A DNA stretch of 40,000 bases from Methanoculleus sediminis (lineage in GTDB: Archaea; Halobacteriota; Methanomicrobia; Methanomicrobiales; Methanoculleaceae): assembly GCF_001017125.1 (NCBI RefSeq), contig NZ_JXOJ01000008.1, positions 102,976-142,975 on the forward strand, read 5' to 3'. The stretch's first letter is position 1. Each line of letters begins with the position of its first letter. Both the position numbers and the translations under genes were made by a program. Shown piece by piece: positions 18,094 through 25,938 of this stretch. The notes below the pieces were generated by a model. That model worked only from the letters and a program-made list of their open reading frames with translations, was not told the DNA's origin and did not search any database.

Positions 18094-18335
18094 AGAAGAT
18101 TCTGTCATCTACAAACAGTAAGATGATCACACAGGTTGGAAAACAAGACCCCAAATTTCCTCTGGAGATTCTGCAGCTGCGCTCCCCGATCACCGTCCAC
18201 AGGTTGTGAAACAAGACCCCAGATTTCCTCTGGAGATTCTGTATCTACGCCTCCCGATCACTGTCCACAGGCTGAGAAGAGACCCCAAATTTCCTCTGGA
18301 GATCCCATACCTATCCTACTTCCCATCTGTGTTCC
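18094..18335. repeat. Tandem array of a 68-bp unit (about 3.5 copies) abutting the left casposon target-site duplication
   Basis: Units are 18132-18199, 18200-18267 and 18268-18335, with a partial unit at 18094-18131. The first ~42 nt (caggttgKRaaacaagaccccaRatttcctctggagattctg) are nearly identical between units. The last ~26 nt are more diverged but still clearly homologous. Confidence 0.85.
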
Positions 18336-18343
18336 GGAATGCG
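18330..18343. repeat. Left copy of the 14-bp target-site duplication (tgttccggaatgcg)
   Basis: Identical 14-mer at 27691-27704, immediately outside the two TIRs. The bases flanking each copy differ, so the length is exactly 14 bp. Confidence 0.9.
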
Positions 18344-18452
18344 GGGTTATAGCTATTCAAAAAAAATTTGACATCTGTCACCTGTGGCATGATCACGGTG
18401 GTGGATGAAGTGGCCCCCTGACAGGACGATGGTGGGGCATGCTCTTCTGAAG
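18344..18452 (+). repeat. Left terminal inverted repeat of the casposon (109 bp, perfect)
   Basis: gggttatagctattcaaaaaaaatttgacatctgtcacctgtggcatgatcacggtggtggatgaagtggccccctgacaggacgatggtggggcatgctcttctgaag is the exact reverse complement of 27582-27690. Weaker similarity continues ~35 bp further inward. Confidence 0.95.
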
Positions 18453-18571
18453 TGGTGAGATGAGGGGACCATGCGCGGCATGTGGGACATGCCGTACCGG
18501 ATGCGGGGTTCCTGCTATAATGGGGTCGGTGGGAGGAACCACCTTATGATTCTCTATCCAACTTGACTCGA

Positions 18572-21223
18572 TTAATCGATCAGCCGTTTAACAGCTGGGG
18601 TGTTCAAATTAATATCCCCTGATTCTGTAATACGCCTCTTTATCTGTCTGAACGCTTCCCGACCGACGCCACGCATCTCGGCTTCTGCAGTGGACATCGC
18701 TAAAATTTGCTGCATAGTCGCGTCTTTATCTCTAAATATTTGCGGTTCTAACACGCTCAGCGGTTGCTCATCAATTTTGTTCGCCTCTTTACCTATGTAG
18801 ATCACTCCCTGGGCGTCGACGGGCCTCCGTGCAAGATAGCCGATGTCGCCTTTATATTTGTATTCGGGATGGCTAAAGTACTGAAGTATTGTTGTGCTGA
18901 GGGACTTGAAACAGTGCAGCCCGGACATCGTTTTCCCCGTGTTATAGTCGATAAATGGCTGATGCACTACGGTTTGCGGATAACCTGAGTACGCGGATAG
19001 AGGCTTGACTACCTTACCCTCGTTATTAATCGTCTGGAAACCCACGATAACGAAATTAAATGGCTTAATCGTTACATTCCAACGCTTGCGCTTATTCAGG
19101 TTAGAGAATCGGTTCCAAACCTGCGATGTGCTCACAGTCAGGCGGGAAAGCGCGTATAGATCCCTGTACTTCTCCATAATACTCCCCCTAGAGATCTTCC
19201 CGTAGTGTAGGCAGAGCAGATCACGCCAGATCTCTGCGTGCCAGTGTTCCGAACCCCTTGGATAGGGGTTAAGGAGATGACCGAGCCCGTGGAGCTTGTA
19301 GTCTATCAACTCAATTTCCCCGCCTTCATAGTAATAGAGAGCATAGCGTTTTGATGAAATCCCATAGAACCACACGTTAACCTTACCTGTTTCGATCTTC
19401 AAGATGGGGATATCAATACCATAGGGATTCAGCGGTTGGAAAAAGGCTGAAAGTTCGTTTGCATAATCCACGGGCGCAAAAACACTGTCTGTGTCCATGT
19501 ATGCGTGAGGGACCTCCCTAGCCTGCAGCCATGCCTCTGCCATAGCGAGGAGCAAGCGGGAGGCGGACGTGATCATAACTGCAAGAAATGGATTGAAAAA
19601 AAGGCCCGGTCTTTCAAACAGGTTTGCTTCTGTCGAGAAGCGGCCCAGCCCATACACGTCTAATGCAGTTTTGCGGTCCTCCGGGTTCAACTCTATGAAT
19701 ATCCCATAACTCATTGCATTGACGAGAATTTTCATTGCCTGTGCTCGGCTCTCCAGCAGTCCATGTTCAGGGTCATTCCTATCCATTCCCTTCATGCGTT
19801 GCTTGATTTTCTGCCGTTCCTCTACCAGTAACTGGATAAGGTTGTCTTTGCGTGGATCTACTGGAATTCCGAGGATTTCGGATTTCGTCAAATTGGGTTG
19901 CACACCCTTGGGGGTAAACCTGATCGCTTCGATGACCTCAGGCGCTTTCTTCGTCAGGATACATGAGGCAATGACATCGGGCAAAGCATACCACATGGGG
20001 GTGTCGGAGCTAAGGGGATTGATGCCCACGTTGAAGGATTCGCCACTCCCGTTATAGTCCATCCGGACGGGAAGGATATCCCCAGCCGGTTTGATCTTCA
20101 CCATGACAGTGAGCCCTCCCCAGTTACTTGGGTCCTGCAGGAACGCGAGATCGACATGTGCCAACAGATCGCGAACCTCTTCGGTCACGACCTTGGTATC
20201 TATCCACCTGGCAACAATGAACGGCCAGAGTTTGAGCAGCATGGTGACGGAGGGATACATGCTTGTAAAGTCAAGGACGGTGACCAGATGTGGTTTTTTG
20301 CGCACCCTGCATTCAGTTCGTCCACCGTAATAGGCTGTCATGATATGACCAACAGTGTTACTATCACCTGACAGGGGGGGCTGCCCAATGCCGAGCTGTT
20401 TAAGGGCGAATTTTGCAAGCGACGCAGAGCTATAGATCTTGGTAAGCGGAGCCTGGATCTGGTAAAGGTCTAATTCCGCACAGAGGCGCGTGTATACCTC
20501 AAACGTGGTTACAACATCGGTGATGAGATAATCGATATAATTCTCTGTAACCGTCCCATGTTCGTCAACGGTCATTTTCCGGGTTTTTGTGGCTAATTTT
20601 TCCGCTGCTTTCGCTAGTGGGATATGGCGGCTCTGTAAAAAAATTTCAGCGAGCCTCTGGACATCTAAAAAGTGTCCTGGGAAGTGAGGCGTATCACTCT
20701 TTTTCCTCAGGGATGAAAACTTAAAGGTGTAAGCCGTCCCCAACTGCTTCACGATTATACGGGGCTTGAACCTGTCGCTGGAAAGTATAAATGAAAATCC
20801 CCCCTTATTCCGCTTTCTCGACTTTGCTGCCTTCTTTGCGATCCGACTTACATCGAACGCGAGGTTGTATCCTATGCAGAGGGTGTGAAGTTCATATACC
20901 TCAGGATAGAACACATCGTCAATAAATTCGGGGAGCGAATACAACCCAATGTAGTTCTCCGTTGCATAGGACTTCAGCGTCGCCATCTCTTCCGTGGTGA
21001 GCAATGAAGGGTCGTGGAATAACCCTTCATGCTGTATGTATCCGTCGTGGTATACTCGAAAATACCCGATCTTGAGGTTCTGATAGGCATCTATGGTGGT
21101 TTCCGTATCGAAAACCAACACCCTGGAGTGCCGAAGTGGGGGATCCTTACGCTCTTTCGTGAAAAACGCTTTCGGGCACACTGTTTTTTGTGTGTACACC
21201 CGTAACGCCAGCTTATCCATCAC
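18572..21223 (-). CDS. polB: Family B DNA polymerase (casposon PolB)
   Basis: Exo I VLVFDTETT, Exo II GYNLAFDVSRI, Pol A VLDFTSMYPS, Pol B KILVNAMSYGIF, Pol C HAYMDTDSVF. The track start at 21223 is a GTG; an ATG follows at 21220. Both overlap the HNH gene's stop codon. Confidence 0.95.
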   Translation of the reverse strand: MMDKLALRVYTQKTVCPKAFFTKERKDPPLRHSRVLVFDTETTIDAYQNLKIGYFRVYHDGYIQHEGLFHDPSLLTTEEMATLKSYATENYIGLYSLPEFIDDVFYPEVYELHTLCIGYNLAFDVSRIAKKAAKSRKRNKGGFSFILSSDRFKPRIIVKQLGTAYTFKFSSLRKKSDTPHFPGHFLDVQRLAEIFLQSRHIPLAKAAEKLATKTRKMTVDEHGTVTENYIDYLITDVVTTFEVYTRLCAELDLYQIQAPLTKIYSSASLAKFALKQLGIGQPPLSGDSNTVGHIMTAYYGGRTECRVRKKPHLVTVLDFTSMYPSVTMLLKLWPFIVARWIDTKVVTEEVRDLLAHVDLAFLQDPSNWGGLTVMVKIKPAGDILPVRMDYNGSGESFNVGINPLSSDTPMWYALPDVIASCILTKKAPEVIEAIRFTPKGVQPNLTKSEILGIPVDPRKDNLIQLLVEERQKIKQRMKGMDRNDPEHGLLESRAQAMKILVNAMSYGIFIELNPEDRKTALDVYGLGRFSTEANLFERPGLFFNPFLAVMITSASRLLLAMAEAWLQAREVPHAYMDTDSVFAPVDYANELSAFFQPLNPYGIDIPILKIETGKVNVWFYGISSKRYALYYYEGGEIELIDYKLHGLGHLLNPYPRGSEHWHAEIWRDLLCLHYGKISRGSIMEKYRDLYALSRLTVSTSQVWNRFSNLNKRKRWNVTIKPFNFVIVGFQTINNEGKVVKPLSAYSGYPQTVVHQPFIDYNTGKTMSGLHCFKSLSTTILQYFSHPEYKYKGDIGYLARRPVDAQGVIYIGKEANKIDEQPLSVLEPQIFRDKDATMQQILAMSTAEAEMRGVGREAFRQIKRRITESGDINLNTPAVKRLID

Positions 21224-21528
21224 GTGTCCACTCCCTTATGGGCCTGATCGATGCACTGTTGTCCCCACACTACGGCGAGCGCTCCTATGCTTACTCCGAT
21301 AAACGGACACCCCTTTCTGTCCTTCGGTGGAAGTTTGTTTTGTTCGGCGGTGATTTTTGCGTGGCAATTCTTGCACAGCGGAACTTCCAGCCATGAAAGT
21401 TTCCTTCCAAATACGTGATGGAGCTCGATCACGCTGCGATCACTTTCCCCACAGGCTATACAACAAATCTTGGCATCGCCATCCCTGATCATTTTCAGGA
21501 TTGCTTCCCGATATGTGTCTTTATGCAT
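21220..21528 (-). CDS. HNH endonuclease
   Basis: CIACGESDRSVIELHHVFGRK...PLCKNCHAKIT (CxxC...HH...CxxCH zinc/HNH motif). Translationally coupled to polB. Confidence 0.85.
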   Translation of the reverse strand: MHKDTYREAILKMIRDGDAKICCIACGESDRSVIELHHVFGRKLSWLEVPLCKNCHAKITAEQNKLPPKDRKGCPFIGVSIGALAVVWGQQCIDQAHKGVDT

Positions 21529-21534
21529 AGATCC

Positions 21535-22188
21535 TCACAGATCCTCCGTATGATAGATCTCAAAGAATTCCGGCTCTTCCTGCATTTCGTGGTACAGATA
21601 GAGTTTGTCCAGGTCGGTCTCGAAGTAGTGGGCAACACCGTGCGCATCGAGAACCCTCTTACCGACAAACTCTGCCAACGCGGATTGATTACGCGCCTCA
21701 AGCGCATCGCTCACCGCCGCCATGTATCTACCAATGAGCGACCGGTCCTGGCTTTTCGCGGTGACAACAGACCTAATCCCCATGTCCCGCACGAAAAAGC
21801 TCATTTCGACTTCGATCGTGTCAGATGGTGCACACCGTAGCGTCCGCTGTTTTTGGTCCCAGCAGAGGTAGTATGGTGCAAGATGGGCAAGCACCTCACT
21901 CTCTGTCAGCCCAACCGCGCTTATTGCGCTCTGGAACTCCGCCCCCGCCCGTAATTGACGCAGCGCATTTACGGCGAGTGAACGGATACATTTCTGCTGG
22001 GGGGTTAGGTCCTCCCACCGGGTTCGTGTGAGCGTGTGATCCGCGTACCGCACTTGTACCAGTTCTTTCCGGGTTTGGTCGGGACAGAGGTGATGTTTAA
22101 GGTGTATCCGTCGTGCATACCTGCTCTCTGCTCGCACAACCTTAGCCCAGTCATCGTAGGTTGGATACCCACGTGCAAATTGTCCCAT
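21535..22188 (-). CDS. Hypothetical casposon protein (first gene of the hyp-HNH-polB operon)
   Basis: Open frame with protein-like composition. The likely start is MGQFARGYPTYDDW at 22188; the track start is 22257. No family recognised. Confidence 0.5.
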   Translation of the reverse strand: MGQFARGYPTYDDWAKVVRAESRYARRIHLKHHLCPDQTRKELVQVRYADHTLTRTRWEDLTPQQKCIRSLAVNALRQLRAGAEFQSAISAVGLTESEVLAHLAPYYLCWDQKQRTLRCAPSDTIEVEMSFFVRDMGIRSVVTAKSQDRSLIGRYMAAVSDALEARNQSALAEFVGKRVLDAHGVAHYFETDLDKLYLYHEMQEEPEFFEIYHTEDL

Positions 22189-22340
22189 AGTTACCAGTTG
22201 ATTACGCCCCTCCTGTGGCCTACCGGCGTGTCCCAGCCAAGATGAGCCGCGGACCAATCCCCTGGCCCAATCATCAATTTACAGGGCCGGCGGTGCTCAA
22301 ACGCGACCTTAATCGATCGTTCCATACACCAGATGGATTG

Positions 22341-22445
22341 TGTTTTGGATATATAATTGTATCTTTTGGTAACATCTTTGGTAGTAACTTTTGGGCTTAA
22401 AATTGGGCCGATAAAGATTGGCGGTACATAATCATTAAATATAAG
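22341..22445. promoter_or_regulatory. Divergent promoter/operator region of the casposon, with phased T-tract-GG motifs and a TATA-like box
   Basis: Six TTGG motifs preceded by T-runs sit at about 22345, 22366, 22378, 22391, 22403 and 22418, mostly 12-15 bp apart. A TATA-like ttaaatataag lies at 22435-22445, about 46-56 nt upstream of the ATG at 22491. Confidence 0.3.
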
Positions 22446-22490
22446 TTAGCGATATAGATTACTTCGATAGCGAAAATACAGGGGTTAAGG

Positions 22491-23408
22491 ATGAGGATTC
22501 GCGAGTTTGATGAAAAAATCCTGTCAGAACTTGAGCAGGCCGGGTATATCCGCAGGAAGGACCTCCTTGAGGTTCTGAAAGCGAAGTATGCAAAAGAGAA
22601 AGGGTTTAGCACCACTTCGCTCAATCGAAGGATTGGCGAGCTAATCAGCGCTGGCAAAATCGGGGTTATCGAACCAGCGGAGTTTGCAGAGTATGGCATC
22701 TCTGACGAGGATAAACGTGCGAAGTACCTCATATCAGGCCCTTATGCCGATAAGAAAAGAGTTGTCGACGGCCTAATAGCCAAGTCTTCAACAGGCGATC
22801 AATTCGAGAAGCGCCTCGCACTCAAGGAAATCAAGCGTAACTTGGCTGAGTACTCCTTAAACCCCGTCCAGTTATCCCGCCTGTCGACGTGTTTGGGTGC
22901 TGATGAGGATACAGATAAACTGGTTATTGAAATCCTGCACGAAGCCCTCCTTAAACAGAGATCATGCATTGGTGAGGAGGAACGGGCATCATTAATCGGA
23001 GACGTAAGCCAAGCACTTGGTGCATATACCCTCCCTCCGGTCAATACAAGTAAAAATCTCTTGTTGGAGATACTAGGGTTTTTTTCCGATGAGTTCATGG
23101 TAGAGATGCTGAAAGTGGATCTTGAAAGAGTTGAAGGCGAAAAGGAGTTGTTATCTAAAGAGGACGACGAAGTTCGGAAAAAGACGTGGATAAAGACCGT
23201 CTATCATTCAAAATACCTCATCCATGCGTTTGAAGAGAATATAGACAGCCTCCTCGAGCAGATGTGGAAATACAATGAGATGGGGAAAAAGGAAGGACAC
23301 CAGGACGAGCGTAAAATTGCGTTAATCATTGATGACCTTCTCGATTACATAGCCGAAAACAGAGATAAGGCTGTCTACTATGAGAAGATGTGTGGAGCCC
23401 GGAAATGA
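22491..23408 (+). CDS. Winged-helix (wHTH) protein of unknown function, upstream of and coupled to cas1
   Basis: The N-terminus FDEKILSELEQAGYIRRKDLLEVLKAKY....TSLNRRIGELISAGKIGVIE looks like a wHTH. The stop overlaps the cas1 start (ATGA at 23405-23408). Confidence 0.6.
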   Translation: MRIREFDEKILSELEQAGYIRRKDLLEVLKAKYAKEKGFSTTSLNRRIGELISAGKIGVIEPAEFAEYGISDEDKRAKYLISGPYADKKRVVDGLIAKSSTGDQFEKRLALKEIKRNLAEYSLNPVQLSRLSTCLGADEDTDKLVIEILHEALLKQRSCIGEEERASLIGDVSQALGAYTLPPVNTSKNLLLEILGFFSDEFMVEMLKVDLERVEGEKELLSKEDDEVRKKTWIKTVYHSKYLIHAFEENIDSLLEQMWKYNEMGKKEGHQDERKIALIIDDLLDYIAENRDKAVYYEKMCGARK

Positions 23409-24637
23409 AGTTCATGCTGCTCAACGGGCATGGGATCCGCATGAATATCGACGGTGCAAAGCTCCATGTCCGGGATGGGAAGTTCTCCACAAAAGAGGAG
23501 CCTGCATCCTATGTTTTCGCACCGAAGAAGATCGATGTTGACTCAATCGCCATCTATGGGCAGAGCGGGACCATCTCCATCCCTGCTATACGCTGGTTGG
23601 TCAAGCAGGGTGTGCAGGTGTCGGTGCTCAACTGGGACGGGAAGTTGCTCACCACGATGCTCCCGCCTGAGAGCGTCCAGGTGAAGACAAAGTTTGACCA
23701 GTACCGTGCCTACGAGAATATAGGGCTCAGGATACAGATTGCCCGGAAACTGATCGAAGCTAAGTTCGCGCGGACACGGCTTGTTCTCGACTACCTGGGA
23801 CAGAGATACACGAACATTGGTACGGATATTGAACGGGATGCTTCCAAGCTCAGTGACACAAATACGATCCGGGAAGTAATGGGTGTTGAGGGGGCAGTTG
23901 CACAGTTATATTGGAGTGAATTTCAGAAGATTATCCCGGATAAGTATGAGTTTGACGGGCGGAACATCGGCAAGACGGGCCGCCCGATGGGAGCCGTAGA
24001 CCACGTGAACTGCATGCTAAACTACGGATATTCATTGCTGGAAGCGGAGTGCCTGCGAGCCATCAACAGCACTGGCTTGGACGCACACGTTGGCTTCCTC
24101 CACGAGATGCAGGCCGGGAAATATAGCCTCGCCTATGACCTGCAGGAGCCGTTCCGGTTCTTGGTGGATCTCGCCGTGATCACCCTCATAGAAAGTGAGG
24201 CTATGGCGAAAGGCGACTTTGTCCGGACCGAGAACTATAACCTCCGTCTCCGACCTGCTGGCGCACGCAAAGTCACCGAAGAGGTCAACCGGTGGTTCAA
24301 CAAGGTAGTGGAGTATCAGGGGAAGGAAACCGTGTGGAGTTATGTCATCTTCCTCAAGACCAGGGAACTTGCACATTATCTCACCGAGAAGAAGCGGAAA
24401 CTTGACTTTGCATCACCCTCCTACGAGATCGACCGGCAGGACTCCGATGAGATGCGCCGGAAGATACTTGCGATCCCATACGCCGAGTGGAAGAAGATGG
24501 GGTTCTCCAAGGGGACGCTGTTTTACCTGAAGAAGAACGCGCGGGACGGGAAGCCGTTCACGATGAACAAGCATGTGCGGGAGCGGCTGGAGCAATGGGA
24601 ATGTTATGAAGATTTACCACTTGGATCTCCCGTATAA
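23405..24637 (+). CDS. cas1: Cas1-family integrase (casposase) with a C-terminal HTH
   Basis: The Cas1 catalytic region NCMLNYGYSLLEAECLRAINSTGLDAHVGFLHEMQAGKYSLAYDLQEPFRFLVD contains the conserved His and acidic residues. The N-terminal beta domain reads MKFMLLNGHGIRMNIDGAKLHVRDG. The C-terminal YAEWKKMGFSKGTLFYLKKNA is HTH-like. The track ORF starts at 23390; the ATG at 23405 is favoured because of the ATGA coupling. Confidence 0.92.
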   Translation: MKFMLLNGHGIRMNIDGAKLHVRDGKFSTKEEPASYVFAPKKIDVDSIAIYGQSGTISIPAIRWLVKQGVQVSVLNWDGKLLTTMLPPESVQVKTKFDQYRAYENIGLRIQIARKLIEAKFARTRLVLDYLGQRYTNIGTDIERDASKLSDTNTIREVMGVEGAVAQLYWSEFQKIIPDKYEFDGRNIGKTGRPMGAVDHVNCMLNYGYSLLEAECLRAINSTGLDAHVGFLHEMQAGKYSLAYDLQEPFRFLVDLAVITLIESEAMAKGDFVRTENYNLRLRPAGARKVTEEVNRWFNKVVEYQGKETVWSYVIFLKTRELAHYLTEKKRKLDFASPSYEIDRQDSDEMRRKILAIPYAEWKKMGFSKGTLFYLKKNARDGKPFTMNKHVRERLEQWECYEDLPLGSPV

Positions 24638-24959
24638 CTGTTATAGGTCTGACCCCCCTTTTTAAGTGATTGCTTAATGTATCCTACCTATCCCCTCCAG
24701 GCCACGTGGATGTAAGTTTTGGGTGCACTGGAAGGAACCTGACGTGCCAAAATATCAACCCCATCGAGATCAGTATGGAGGGTCGAGATTACTTCACGGA
24801 GGTAGGTTTGCACGGGACGGATACAACACCTCCCACAGATGCATTCCATTACTATAGGCCATCTCTCATAGAAGCCACAAAATAAAATAACCGCGTTTAA
24901 TGAGGAAATAAAATCCATAAATATTAAATGTCTGTCAACCAATTTCGTATAAGTGCTCC

Positions 24960-25934
24960 ATGTCTGTATCAGTTGCTGAGTACCTAGGTCAACGAACCGA
25001 CGTCGAAACCCCGATTATTCAACCTGTAGAGCCAGGGTCTGAACCGCCATGTCCATTTATGGGGACATATTGTCCCAAAGTAAAAAAAAAGCAGGCACCA
25101 GTCTGTTCTGTCAGAAAATCCGATGGCACGTTGTGGATTGTCTGCCCCGATAGGCTCTGCTCTACTAAAAAGAATATCCCTAAGACACAGCAACCGCTCC
25201 CCCTTTCGAATTATCAAAAAGAAATTTTACACAGTGTTGCGAAAACGCTTTATGGAGACAGCGTCCCCCCTTCTGAAATATATTATAAGCGTGAAGAAAA
25301 GATTGAAGTGATCGACGGCACTGACTACCGGGCTGATTTTATTATGTTTAGAAAGCATGGAGTATGCTTTGATCCCCGTAGGGCAGTCGTAGAAATGCAA
25401 GGAGGCGGGGAAACCTCTCAGACTAAAAATCTAACCAATCATGTCAAGGCGTTTGAGCGAAATCCAGAACGTACAAACCAAATGTTGGCCCAAATTGTCG
25501 ATGGTGTTGGAACAATTGAAACAAATGCATGGCGCCGACAGCAGGAGCAATTTATCGTCAAAGGGAACATTGCCCAGCAGACAGGTGGGCAGATGGTCTT
25601 CTGCATGGGGTCTCTTTTATACGACTATCTCTGGAAGCGAATCAGCGACGCAAAGTTAAACAACCTACGGGATTTTAACTGGACGCTAGCGCTCATTGCG
25701 TTTGTTGAAGATACATCACAAGAGCCACAACCAGGGCCTATACCCATAAAAATCGATGAGGACCGCTTGCTCTTTACAAATTACCATACATTCGTCCAAG
25801 CGCTCATCAATCAAGGTGGACCATCCGCTACTCTGTTTAGGGGTGAATTCTTTTGCTTAGATGGAGACAGAATTAACCTGAGCCAGCAAGCATTAGGCGA
25901 AAATAGATGCTGTTTGAATTTTAAGAGGTTTTAA
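24960..25934 (+). CDS. Putative type II restriction endonuclease, NotI-family-like
   Basis: The N-terminal Cys cluster CPFMGTYCPKV...APVCSV....GTLWIVCPDRLC resembles the Fe-Cys4 motif of NotI as I recall it (CPF...C...C...W.VCP.R). A PD-(D/E)xK-like core follows: YRADFIMF...AVVEMQGGG (D...E.Q). It is convergent with an m5C MTase 4 bp away. Confidence 0.55.
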   Translation: MSVSVAEYLGQRTDVETPIIQPVEPGSEPPCPFMGTYCPKVKKKQAPVCSVRKSDGTLWIVCPDRLCSTKKNIPKTQQPLPLSNYQKEILHSVAKTLYGDSVPPSEIYYKREEKIEVIDGTDYRADFIMFRKHGVCFDPRRAVVEMQGGGETSQTKNLTNHVKAFERNPERTNQMLAQIVDGVGTIETNAWRRQQEQFIVKGNIAQQTGGQMVFCMGSLLYDYLWKRISDAKLNNLRDFNWTLALIAFVEDTSQEPQPGPIPIKIDEDRLLFTNYHTFVQALINQGGPSATLFRGEFFCLDGDRINLSQQALGENRCCLNFKRF

Positions 25935-25938
25935 TCCC

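Noticed and set aside
18304-18326. Recurring TACCTATYC-type motif at the left flank (18308-18316), downstream of cas1 (24685-24693) and upstream of the tRNA (about 27800-27810)
   Set aside because: The motif sits in low-complexity CCTA/CCTAT-rich stretches. It is an exact match for only 9 nt, in two places. That is within what chance can produce in a 40-kb window once the search is done post hoc.
18132-18335. Possible CRISPR array next to a cas1 gene (a ~40-nt conserved segment alternating with ~27-nt segments)
   Set aside because: The would-be spacers are homologous to each other (cagctgcgctccccgatcaccgtcca versus tatctacgcctcccgatcactgtcca). The structure is therefore a 68-bp tandem repeat, not repeat plus unique spacers. 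There are only ~3 units and no cas2 or effector genes. The nearby Cas1 belongs to a TIR-bounded PolB element, so it is a casposase. It is reported as a tandem repeat of interest instead.
18132-18335. The tandem units as degraded copies of the tRNA-Leu 3' half (att-site remnants of a tyrosine-integrase element)
   Set aside because: By-eye alignment to the tRNA (tgcgaggggtgggattcgaacccacgg...) gives only scattered short matches with inconsistent spacing. No integrase gene is present in the island. An alignment test would still be worthwhile.
18136-18408. Track ORF of 90 aa spanning the tandem array, the TSD and the start of the left TIR
   Set aside because: Its reading frame is created by the repeats themselves (repeated ...PQISSGD... 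peptide) and it crosses the transposon boundary. It has no start context or protein-like features.
23390-24637. cas1 as part of a CRISPR-Cas adaptation module
   Set aside because: There is no cas2, cas4, effector gene or array anywhere in the window. Instead the gene sits within perfect TIRs and a TSD, together with polB and HNH. That is the casposon context.
24638-24959. Small ORFs (71 aa plus-strand, 84 aa minus-strand) in the casposon gap between cas1 and the REase gene
   Set aside because: They overlap each other and have no start context or motifs. The region looks like AT-rich promoter or terminator DNA for the REase gene. A small gene or ncRNA cannot be excluded without expression data.
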